NCBI RefSeq assembly: GCF_964194155.1 | Contig: NC_135887.1 | Location: 80,166,001-80,230,000 of the forward strand | Reading direction: 5' to 3' | Origin: Cetorhinus maximus | Taxonomy: Eukaryota | DNA length: 64,000 bases | In this document: piece after piece, positions 24,407 through 35,776 of the stretch | Position numbering within the stretch: position 1 is the stretch's first letter | How the letters are laid out: the number at the start of each line of letters is the position of its first letter | Program-made: the position numbers and the translations under genes | Notes under the pieces: model-generated | What the model was told of the DNA's origin: nothing | Databases searched by the model: none | The model's input: the letters and a program-made list of their open reading frames with translations, nothing else

Positions 24407-25326
24407 TATGGAAATATTCTTGTCTGTCCACTTTGGGAGTTAAGCATTCAGAGGTGAATGTCATGTAAGAGCAATATCAAAAATGCAAGTTACAACAGGC
24501 CATACTGGTAAAAGTGAGACTTTGGGAGATCAGTTCCCCTCTCCGTCCTCCACCCCCACAGCCCATGGTGAAGTCTCCTTGTACGTGAGTCTGATATCTC
24601 ACTTATGAGTACTGTGCCCTTTTCTTTCCTCTGTAGCTGCCAATCCTGGATCACAGGATTTCATGGCCCAAAAGGAAACCTGAACCACACACATGCCTGA
24701 TAACTTAGACTAACCATGATTCCACATATTGTGCTGCAGGATCTGCCATCAGAGTCCAATAAGGCCTGTGGGTTCCCTGTGGCCAAAACCATTGTGTGCC
24801 ATCACCTGTCTCCCAACTGGAGTTGGTCTGTCTTCACAATTTCCCTGCCACCCACCTAAGCAGCGAGGAATGGTTTGCTCAGGTCTCTACCATATGATCT
24901 CCCTCATCTTCCCCTTAAGCAATTTAGATACATAAGGCTGTGTTTTAACATTAGGTGACAAAGACAGTGGTAATCCATTACATCTTCATCCTCTATCCAA
25001 ACTTCCCCAAGTACTAAGCAAATTTTACCTGCAATTTAAAAACATTTTCTACAGATTTCAAGCATAAAATCACAAGCATGAAGAACATCTTATTTTATAA
25101 TATCATCACCTGTTGGTTGGATTGGCAGGTGAAAATGAAGCGACTGCTTTATTGCTAAGTCATATTATGAGTTAATTCAGCTTTACATTTTGTCCACTTA
25201 AAATGACAAGCTCAAATACAACTATTAACATCACCTCCTTCCTTAAGCTTCGATTCAAATCAAATTTACAGAAATTATGGGGAAAAATGTTCTGCAGTTT
25301 AGTTGCTGATAGGTGTTTATTTGCTG

Positions 25327-26348
25327 TGTAACGGAACTAAGACCTCATACTCTGTATTTTTATAATATATATATGTATATCCTCATGGCTAATTTCTAAA
25401 ATTTCTAAAACTGGACATTGACCTTCTTAAAGTGGCTAAAGCTATGTCCATCTGGGACCCTGAACAAAAGGGGCTATTTGGCAGTATCGCAGGAACTTCT
25501 GCCTTGTTATTTGTGAAGGGAATTATACAAAGGCCATCTACATTTCATAAGCCAGGCCTGGCCAACCAGAGCTGAATTGTCTGCCAGGACAAAGGACCCT
25601 GCAACCTCCCATTAAGATTTTATGGTTGGAACATGAACCATCTCAAGTATCCGAAGTCGAGAGGTGAGTGTCATGTGACATGACCCTCCTAGCTGGTGAA
25701 ACCTGTAATATTGCCTGGTGGAGCTGCAAAGCTCGGTCTGCCATCTTTCCATCTATTAAGCAGCAGCACAGAAAAGGGGTTCTGTCCAGGTTTGAATGCC
25801 TGGCCACATCTATACTGTTTCTACTGGAACTACTAGACATTTTGTACCATCACCTACAAGATTGATTCATCTCTGTGTGCTATCCCATCGCGGAAGTCAT
25901 CTCTACTGGAAAAGTGAACTACCTAGCATTAGTTTTCAGCCTGCTGACCTCTGTGAAGGAATATACCATTGGACTTTTGATTCTGGACTCTTGACACACA
26001 TGAAACAATAATTCTTTTCTCTGTGGTCTTTGCCCTGTAAATCTTTCTTTCTCTATCCCTCTTCTTTTGTATGAGTGAAAAGGAGGCAATGTTCCTACGC
26101 TCCTCCTGCATTTTAGTGTGTGCAAATAAACTAACCCTCTGGGTTCATCCTATCACAAGTTTGCTGTGGGGTTATTAGTAGAAATTGGATCACACCGAAA
26201 CCCCGAGGGGTTGGGAAAAACACCACCGCTTATAAAGGGGGAAATCAAAACCAAAACACCTTTCTGTTTTTGGACAGGCAGTGAGAGCAGAAATCAGACA
26301 GTTTAAATTCCCCCCCACCCCACCCCCTCCCAACCACTGTATGTAACA
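25327..26348 (+). mobile_element. Solo LTR (Gypsy/ERV-like), ~1.02 kb
   Basis: Begins TGTAAC, ends GTAACA, flanked by a 4-bp TSD GCTG on both sides; AATAAA at ~26126. Confidence 0.75.
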
Positions 26349-27349
26349 GCTGCATTGTAATATAATGGTAGTGTGAGGGGTATCAAATTATATCTTACCT
26401 TCACAGAGGAGGGCAGCTGAGGGCAGTGGTAGGTAGTCGGTAAACCTGGTTAGGTAAATTCCAGCCATCTATAAATTTTGAAAGTTATATATAGCAAATG
26501 CTAAAATGCTATGTAGATGTTTCTGTTAGTTACGAGTACTATTGTATGACAGGAAAAGTCTTATAATAGGATGTGTAGTTTGACTATCCATTCGATAGCC
26601 GGCCCCCTGAGATGCCAAGTGGAGAAATGAGGTCCACCGGAACACATCTTATTGAGTAGGTTATTGTGATGTGTTCCACAGCCTGACACTCATAGCCACC
26701 ATCACACGGTGGTCCCTCATCTTCCATCTGTGGAGCAGGTAGCCCCATTGTATGTCCGCTGTGTGGATTTGGTTGAGGACTGTCCACTGTCTTCGCAGGG
26801 GGGTCGAAGTCAGGGACCTTTGGTATCGCCCAATGATGAGGTTTTGTTTTTTTTGTGCTGCATGTGTCTCACGATTTCCATTCCATAGCGAATGGTAGGT
26901 GGGGCAATGTAGGACAGCCCTGGGTGACACTTAGTTGAGTTGGACTTGCACGTTCCTGTCACTGTCCTCATGTCAGCCTCAAGTCCACGATTTTTGTGCT
27001 GCAGGACCATGAGACAGTGTTGGAGCTGCACTGCCATGTCTTCTGTCAGTTAGGACAAGAATGTTAGTCCAGCGAATTACTTAGTCAGCCTTGTTTCTAC
27101 AAGACCTTTATGTTATCATGCAGGGAAATTCACATGCTAACATAGAAAGATTTATGGCACAGGAGATCATTCAGCCCATTGTGTCCGTGTGGATCGAAAA
27201 AGAGCTTTCCAGTTTAATCCCATTTTCTAGCTCGTGGTCCGTAGCCCTGTAGGTTCCAGTTCAAGTGCATATCCAACCCTCAAAGTTAATTTCAGAATGA
27301 CCCGGTCTGGCTCACTTGCTTGATGTACACAAAAGGAACAAATTTACCA

Positions 27350-27937
27350 AAAATTGCAGCTCGTTCCGCCGCGGTTTGGAAAGCCAGTGGTGCGGGAACT
27401 TTAGCTTGGTCTGAGGCGTTACCATCTGTCACTCTGGGACTTGGCAGTAGCTGAGCTCAGGTGTGGAACATGGTAGATAGTTCGCGGCTGAAGCAGCTGT
27501 GAGCGTGTGCCTATGACTGCAGGCGAGTTACGACAGTTGGTGGGCCGGTGTTAGGAGCCAGTGAAGCCTGCAACCCGTCCATCACCCCAACAAGGGAGGG
27601 AGATTTTGGTAGCAAAGGTTATTGCGGCCGCTTTGGAACGTTTGTAACGTCGCAAAGTCGCAACATTCTATCGTTGGATCGTTAGAAAGTCGCAACATTC
27701 TAACGTTGGAACCTTGCAACATGGACTATTGGGGCAGTGCTATGAGGCGGGAAGAAATTGACCCGCGGGCGCTTTCCAATAAGTGGGCGAGACAGCCGTG
27801 TAACCACATCCCACATTCACTCTCAGACTGCCTTAAACATAACCGATCCGGAACTTCTTCAACTTTGGAAACGCTTTTGACAAATCGTCTTAATTATCGC
27901 CGAATCGCCGGCACTTTCGTCCGAACTGAATTTGTTT
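27350..27937 (+). promoter_or_regulatory. CpG island, probable PIDD1 promoter and non-coding exon 1
   Basis: The clearest CpG-dense unique stretch between RPLP2 and the PIDD1 coding exons. CCAAT (~27776), E2F-like GGCGGGAA (~27745), ETS-like CCGGAA (~27848), and a GTAAGT donor at 27938. Confidence 0.55.
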
Positions 27938-29019
27938 GTAAGTGTTATTTATTTCGCTGCTGTGCTGACATGGGATCAGGAAGAGTCTCAGCTTCCACCG
28001 CCCCCACCACCTTAAACTTTCTGTGTAGGCCAAATGCTTCAGTCTCTTTTCACGGGGAGACTGCAGTTTGCGATGTGAAACTACCTGTATTTGTTTGTTA
28101 TTTTGCAACAATCTATATCAAGGCAGTCGTATTTTGGCGGGGTGTAAAATGTTATCCTGTGACTTCCTGAATAAGAACATAATTTGACGCTTTTATTAAA
28201 GGGAGTTTGTCCCGTTTTAAGTAGTTAAATAAGCTTTCTAGCATCACGGGACATTGTGCCTCTTGTGCAACAATAGTTTGTATTTATATGGCACCTTTAA
28301 TGCAGAGAACTGCTCCAAGCCCTTTCTTTGAAAGACATGAGGAAAACAGGCTGGGAGAGGTCAGGAGGGACTGCCAAAGCTTGGTCGAAGAGAAGAACTT
28401 TGATAAAGAATGAATGAATGTATTTACTCTCCTAGAATGCCTTTTGTGTCATTAGGACATTCCAAATGAAAGACTTTTGAAATATAGTCATGGTTGTACG
28501 GAAATGTGGTAGCCAATTTAACACATTAAGGTGCTATAAACAGCAAATAATTGATGAATGTGTTTTGGTCATGCTGGTTGAGAGATAAATATTGTACAGC
28601 TGCAGAACTGCCCAATTTTTCACTAGCTAAGCTTCTGACCACATACTCGTGCTATTACTAAGATCATCCATTTCTACCTCTCTAATATCCCCCAACTTCA
28701 TCCCTTCCTCAGCTCATCTGCTACTGCTGAACCCTCTTCCACACCTTTCTTATCTCTAGATGAGACTGTTTCAATGCACTCCTGGCCAGCCTCCCAAATT
28801 CTACTCAGAGGAGACAGTGGTGTATTGGCAATGTCACTGGACTAGTAATCCTGAGGCCTGAGATAATGCTCTGGGGATATAGGTTCAAATTCCACCTTGG
28901 CCATGGCAGCAGTTGAAATTTAAATTCAATTCCTCTCTAACCCTCTCTCCTTTAAGATTCTTCTTTAAAATTATCTCTTTGATCAAGCTTTAAGTCATCT
29001 TCCCCAATATCTCCCTTTT

Positions 29020-29275
29020 GTCTATGACATCTTTGGCAATCTCTTCTTTGCCTCCATCTATCACTGGCCCTCTATCCAGCTCTACCTGTCCCACCCTCCT
29101 CAACCAGCTGATATTTCACCTCATTTCTATATTTCCTCAGTTCTGATGAAGAGTCATATGGACTCGAAACATTAACTGTATTCCTCTCTGCAGATGCTGT
29201 CAGACCTGCTGAGTTTTTCCAGCTGTTTTTATTTTTGTTTCAGATTTCCAGCATCCACAGTATTTTGCTTTTATC
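29020..29275 (+). mobile_element. Solo Penelope pLTR (family A) inserted in an L2-like 3' end
   Basis: Similar to the arms at 469-760 and 22430-22672; ends ...gatttccagcatccacagtattttgctttt. Confidence 0.7.
29138..29178 (+). ncRNA. Minimal hammerhead ribozyme motif with canonical CUGAUGA core
   Basis: CAGTT-CTGATGA-A-GAGTC(atatg)GACTC-GAAAC-ATT-AACTG; perfect 5-bp stems I and II. Confidence 0.75.
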
Positions 29276-29899
29276 TCTTTCTGTGGCTTGGTGTCAAATT
29301 TTGCTTTACAACATACCTGGGAAGTGCCTTGGGTGTTTCATTACATTAAACATTAAAGGTGCTAATTAAATACAAGTTGTTTTTGAAGCAGCATTCAGAG
29401 GCTTTTGTTTTACAATTCCTTGAAAAGCCAGCGCCTCAATTTTGTAGCACTCCCTCAGTATTGCATTGAAGTGTCAGCCTAGATTACATGCTCAAGTGCT
29501 ACTGTCAGGCTTGAACCCTTGAACTTCTGATTCCAGTGATGTTGCTCCCGCTAAGCCAAGCAAACATGTGATAGTTTTTTCTAAGAGGTGAAGAACTAAA
29601 GAGTGAAGTGGCTGAAAGATCTGCCACCACTGGTTGGGAAAAGGGAGGCAGATACACAAAAAGTTGGAGTTTAGGATTGGAGCATTTGGGAGAGGTAAGG
29701 CTGAAGGAGATGCAGAGATAGGAGAGGAGAAAGCTTTTACAATGAATACATGGTGCAGCAGGCAGCCATTGTAGGTCAGCAAAACTGGGGTAATGATTGA
29801 GTGGGATAGGGTATGTGTGGAAAATTTTATACATTTTGGAGCTTAGGTGGCAAAGGCATGGATGAGAGTTTCGGTGGTTTCTGTAGCCGTAGGTCTGAG

Positions 29900-30470
29900 G
29901 TAGCGACTCTTCCGACACCCTCCGCTGCTTTAGAAGTTATCAGTTTCCTACCCCAATCGTCTCCTTTTCACCAAGGATATCCAGTCCCTTTACATCTTCA
30001 ATCCCTCATTTGTGGGCCCTCCACTTCTTGCTTGAATGATCAGACCCCGTCTCCCACTACCATCCTCTGCATGGCTGAACTTGTTATACATTAAACAATT
30101 TCTCCTTTGTGTTCTCTCACTTCCTTCAAAGAAAAGGTGTCACTGTGGGAACTCGTACGAGTCCTAGCTATACTGGCCTTTCTGTAGGATATGTGGTACA
30201 CTCCTGGTTCCAGTCCTAGTCAGGTCCCCTCTCTCACCTCTTTTTCCGATACATTGATGGTTGTGTTGGTTCCGTTTCCTGCTCTTGACCTGAACTGGAA
30301 AATTTCATTAGTTTTGCTTCCAATTCTCACCTTCACATGATCCATCTCCAATTCTTCCCTTCCTTTCCTTGATTTCTCTGACTCTATTTCTGGGGATAGG
30401 CTGTTGACCAATATCCACCATAAGCCCACTTACTCCCACAGTTGCATTGATTACACTTCCTTCCTTCCTG
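29900..30470 (+). mobile_element. Degenerate Penelope-like reverse transcriptase fragment
   Basis: Disrupted readings PNRLLFTKDIQSLY, FLQRKGVTVGTRTSPSY, FRYIDGC, PFLD and KPTYSHSCIDYTS resemble PLE RT motifs (D.xSLY, GxxMG, YxDD, FLD, KPT). Confidence 0.8.
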
Positions 30471-31200
30471 CAGACCTTACAGTAGCCCATCTTTTTGATC
30501 GGGCACTTTACAGCTTTCCAGTCATTAAGTGCAACGCTTTCAGATCATAACCTGGCTCCAATTTTTCAGTAGGTGCTGGTCATGATTCTGCTGCTGCCAT
30601 TTACAGCTCCTCTAGACTCATCTTCTATTGATAAAGAACAACAAAGGGTGACAAAACCAATGGTAAGAGGTACATAAAAGGGGGTAGGGAAAGAAACTTG
30701 CAAAAAATATCAAAATCAACACATTTTTACAATTATATTAGGAAAAAGAGGGTGGTCAGGAGCAACCGTGAAAATTAATAATGGTGATATTGTAAATGAA
30801 AACAAGGAACTGGCAGACGTATGCCGATATTTACAGTGGAGGATGAGGTTAGCAAGTCAGACATCCTAAGAAAACTAATATTGAATCATGGGCAGGGACT
30901 CAACAAATTTAAAGTAAAAAAAATAAATTAATGAGATAAAAGGCATTAAAGAGTGACAAATCCACAGGGACAGATGGTTTTTAATCCCAGGGCTCTAAAG
31001 GAAATAGGTGAGAACATTGCAGGTGCCCTAATTATAATCTTCCACATTCTCTTGATTCGGGAACTGTTCCTTTAGTTTGGAAAATTGTGCATGTCACTTC
31101 ATATTTAAGAAAGGTGAGAGAGGGAAATCAGGGAATTATAGACCAGTTAGCCTAATGTCTGTGGCCAGGAAATGACTTAAAGTCTATAATTAAGGATAGA

Positions 31201-32796
31201 GGGCTGGACTTTCATCCTTGAGGTAAGTAGTGGGAGTCGGGAAAACTCCCGGTTCAGCTCACCCACTCCTCGGGAGAAAGTGCCCGCGAGGATGGGATTT
31301 GCACTGTGGGTGGGTGTGGGGGGATGAAATTCAGCTGCGGTTGGCCAGCCAACCCAGGAAGAAGTTTGGAGGCAGCCACAGGGGGTGCCACAGGCAGAGG
31401 TGGACTGTTTAAAAGGCCCGCCTTGTGCTTTCGGATTTCGTCCCAGTTATAATGAAAACAGAAAGGACCTCTAGCTCTCACCCCTCACATCCCCTCAACC
31501 CTCACATGTTTCCCATGCCCCATACAAGCCATCTCATGCCTCAACCCAACCCCTATGGCTCCCCATGTTACCCCATGTCAAGGTATTCTCCACCCACCTC
31601 CTTTGGCATCTCAAGCCCCCATGCCAAGGTATGCCCACAAACAACCTCAATGGCTCCTCATTCCTCCATGTCAAGCTATGCACCCCCACCCACCCCTTAT
31701 GGCCCCTCATGCCCCCCATGCCAAGCTTTGCCCCCCAAACAACCCAATGCCATCCGTAACACCCATGCCAAGATATGGCCCCCACCCAGCTCCTACGGTG
31801 TCTCATACTCCCATGCCAAAATATGCCACCCAAACAACCCCTATGGCCCCTCATCCCCCGAATGCCAAGCTTTGGCACTTCCATGCCCATTCACCCACAA
31901 TATACTGTATAAAAGCAATGAATGCTATAGTAAGAAAGATCATAAGACAGTAGGAAGTGTAAAAAGAAAGCTTGAAAAAAAGTAATTCATTGATAACTTT
32001 CCATTCCCTTAAAAATCTCCTTTTTTACTACAGCTTAATAAAGTGTCAGTCATCCAGCTACTTAAGTACTCTAATGGATGACTGGTCTCTCAGCCAAGAA
32101 TGCATAGTAAAGCTTGGCTGAGAGCCCAGAAATTCATTAGCCTGTTGAAACACCTGAGCCTCAGGGAAAATGTTGCTTGATTCACAGCTCTGGCTCTCTG
32201 ATCTTTGCTGTCAATTTCACAATATTTACACAAGACGAAGCAGTTTCAAGTGCTTGAAGTTTCAGCTATAGATACTTTAAAGAGTTTGGGTGATTGTCAC
32301 TTCCATTGGGCTAAAGTAAAAAGTTTTTTTTTAAGAAAGTGGAAGATTATGTATGAATGACTTTTTAAAGCTTTTTTTACATATCCTACTGTCACTATAG
32401 GATTCACTGCTTCTATAGAGTGGGTGAATGTGGGGGCATTCCTTGGTATGAGGGGCCATAAGGAGTGGGTGAGGGTCATACCTTGGCATGGGGGCACAAG
32501 GAGGGTCTTTTGAACTTACCTTTCGAAAGGTCCCCTCTTGCAGACTATGTTTAATGACACCTCTTGAGTTGCTGTGAACCGCGACTCTTTGAAAAGCTGG
32601 TCTGACTCCATGAAAATTGCTGAAGACTAGGACATGCCGATCCCCGCAGGGTCTGAGTGCATGGTGCAGGCTTGCAACCCGAAGGTAGTCCCAAAAATTA
32701 GGAACCTTGGGAATGAGTCGGGACTCCCAGAATCAGGACCTACCCACCATTTTTAAAGAGCTCCTGAGTCATCCCGACTCAGCGAAGATCCAGCCC
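31201..32796. mobile_element. Non-autonomous Harbinger-type element (MITE-like) inserted in a CR1 LINE
   Basis: TIRs GGGCTGGA...TCCAGCCC with a 3-bp TSD AGA. The CR1 sequence rejoins across the insertion. A related right half lies at ~57820-58450. Confidence 0.75.
31490..31890 (+). repeat. Degenerate C-rich minisatellite (CCCTATGGCCCCTCAT...CCCATGCCAAG units) inside the MITE
   Basis: Recurring ccatgccaa(g) and ctatggcccc motifs with roughly 60-65 bp higher-order period; accounts for the proline-rich ORFs. Confidence 0.7.
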
Positions 32797-35776
32797 AGAG
32801 GTACTGAACACCTTGAAAATTTTCAGCTGATCGGAGAGAGTCAGCATGGATTTGTAAAAGGTAGGTTATGCCTGATGAACCTGATGTGAATTTTTTTGAA
32901 GATGTGACTAAAGTAGTGGACAGCGGAATGTCTATGAGTGTTATTTATACAGATTCCTGGAAGGCTTTTGATAAAGCCTCTCATAGATTGTTGTTGTTGT
33001 AAAGTTGAAGCTTATGGAATTGAAAGCAAGTTACTAACCTGGTTAAGAAATTGGCTGAGTGGCAGGAAACAGAGCTACAGTAGGGATAATGGGTAAGTAT
33101 TCTAATTGGCAGGATATGACTAGCAGTCTCCTGCAAAGATCTGTCTTGAGGGCCTCAACGATTCACCAAATGTATGAATAACTAATGTGATTAGATATAG
33201 AGCCACATATCCAAGTTTACCGATGGCACAAAGATAGGTGGCAGTTTGAGCAGTTTAGAGGAAAGTGGAACGTTACAAAGACATTCACTTAAGTGAATGG
33301 GCAAGTAGATTTCAATGTGGTGAAGTCGAGGTTACATTCAGATCAGCAATGATCTTATTGAATGGCAGGGCAGGCTTGAGGGGCCGAGTGGCCTACTCCT
33401 GCTCCTAGTTCGTATGTTTGTATGTAGGCAAATGTGAGGTCATTCATCTTGAACCCTAAAAGGATAGAACAGGGTACTTTCTAAATGGTGAAATGCTAGA
33501 AACAGTGGCGGTCCAAAGAGACTTAATGATGCAAGTACACAAATCATTAGAATGTCATGGACAGATACAAAAAAAATCAAAGAGACTTAATGGAATGCTG
33601 GCCTTTATATCTAGATACTAGAATACAAATGGGTAGAAGTTGTGCTATAGCTATACAAAGTCCTGGTTTGATCACACCTGGATTGCTGTGAGCAGTTCCA
33701 GGCACCACACCTTGGGAAGGATAGGTTGGCCTTCAAGGGAACGCAGCTTAGGTTTACCAGAATGATACCTGAACTCCAAGGTTGAAGTCACAAGAAGAGA
33801 TTACACAAACTAGGATTGTATTCCCTGGAATTTCGCATTTGAATGAAGTTTTCGAGATATTTAAGGTGAACTGATAGGGTAGATAGAGAGAAACTATTTC
33901 TGTCAGATAGTGGGTGTAAGACCAGGGGGCACAGTTTAAGCATTAGAAAACGATCTTTCAGGAGTGAAATCAGGAAACACTTCTACAGTTTGGAACTCTC
34001 TTCTGCAAACAGCAATTGATGCTAGATCTTATGTTAATTTTAAATCTGACATTGATTAGATTCCTGTTAACCAGGGATAGTAAGGGAGATGAGAGTTAGG
34101 TCACAGATCAGCCATCAACTCATTGAATGGCACAAAAGGCTCGAGGGGCTAAATGGCCTACTCCTGTTCCTATGTTCCTTTACTTGTCGCATTGCCATTC
34201 CCTTTTGGGATTTAAATCCCTCATGCATTTCACCATATCACAGACCTTCCCTTTTGTTCTTCACCCTTCCACCCCTTTCCTCATACCTGCTTAAAGCCTG
34301 TTATATCTGTAACATTTTCCAGTTCTGACAAAAGATTACAGACCTGAAACATTAACTGTTGTTTCTCTCTCCACAGATGCTACCTGACCCGCTGAGTATT
34401 TCCAATATTTTATGTTTGCATTTCATATTTCCAGCTTCTTCAGGATTTTGCCTTTTGAGGTAGGGAGGATTTTTTTTTTGAAATCCCTCCATTACCTCAC
34501 CCCTCCCTTTTTCTGACTTCCTTCAGAAGCCCAACCCTCCATGATATCTGTGCTCCTCCAATTCTGGCCTCTTGCATAACTCCAATTTTCATCGCTCGAT
34601 GTTGGTGGCCATGTCTTCAGATGCCTTGGGCCTAAGCTCTGAATTCCCTCCAACACCCTTCCACCTCTCTCTTCTCCTTTAAGGCACTTCTTAAATCCAT
34701 CGCTTTGGCTAACCTGTCCTAATACCTCCTTATCTGGCATGATTTAAAATTTTGTTCGTTAACACTCTTGTGAAGTGCTTTTGGCATTTTACCATGTTAA
34801 GTGAAAGTTGTTGTTGTTCAGTGGTGAGAAATGTTACAGAGATTAATGTAAGTGATTGTCAATGGTCATGGATAAGAGACAGGGTTTAAAGCTCAGCTTA
34901 GGGTTGAACATGCTAAGATTGCAAATGCTCTAGCTGCACCTGAGAGTGGCTGGAGAGGGGAATGAAGTCTATGGCAAACGAGTGGTGACTGAAGATGGTG
35001 GCTTCAGATTGATGTTGAATGGAGAATGTTCTGATGAGTGCAAGATTTAATGTCGCCTAAGCAGCATGATAGCATCAAGGTAATGAGGGACTGAGAAAAG
35101 TAGAGATACAGCTGGATTTCATCAACATATGGTTGAAAGCTGAACTGCATAAAAGCATACTATTTGCAAACTGCATGATTACTTTGATGAACTGTAGAAT
35201 ACAATTAAAAGTTTGTATTTTAAATGCTTCATTCATCAATGTGAAGGATGTCAGTGCTGCAGAAAATAACATCTTACATTTCAGATGTTCACTTTCAGCA
35301 TCAAGCATTGCCTGGCCTGGCCTTTACTCCATTGCCTCTGTGCTATCAGACAGCCTGTTTGTTGATGTAGTTTTCTGCAACCTAACATTGGGAAGGTTGG
35401 AAGCCCATTTTTCCAGCTCCTACCACAAACTCCATTCCCATACCACTGGACTCCATTCCCCTCCTCAGCCATTCTCAGTTGCACCAGACTCTGTGTCCAT
35501 GTGAGCTAACTTTTTGCCTCCTTATCCTCTTAACAAAAGCCACCTACTTCCATCACAACAATAAAAGCTTGCATTTGCTTAATGCCTTTTAGGTCACAAA
35601 ATAATGCTACCAGTGTCACAATAAAGGCCAGTCAGCCTAACGATGGCGCTGGGGAAACTTTCAGAGACAAGAATTCAGGACAAAATTAATTGACATTTGG
35701 GAAAATATGGGTTAAGAAATGAAAGTCAGCACAGGATTGTTAAAGGAAAATTGTATTTGGCTAACTTGATCGAGTC

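Larger units (their letters stand above)
30680..34160 (+). mobile_element. Degenerate CR1 LINE interrupted by a Harbinger MITE
   Basis: GNYRPVSL before 31200, ESQHGFVKGRLCLMNL after 32800; CR1-type 3'UTR (ggcctactcctgttcctatgtt) at ~34150. Confidence 0.85.

Noticed and set aside
27622-28170. 182-aa ORF as a PIDD1 N-terminal exon
   Set aside because: Starts at TTG and has no recognisable similarity; the PIDD1 ATG at 41657 has an in-frame stop just upstream.
31425-31985. 186-aa proline-rich ORF
   Set aside because: Arises from a C-rich minisatellite inside a TIR/TSD-bounded MITE; several frames are open for compositional reasons.
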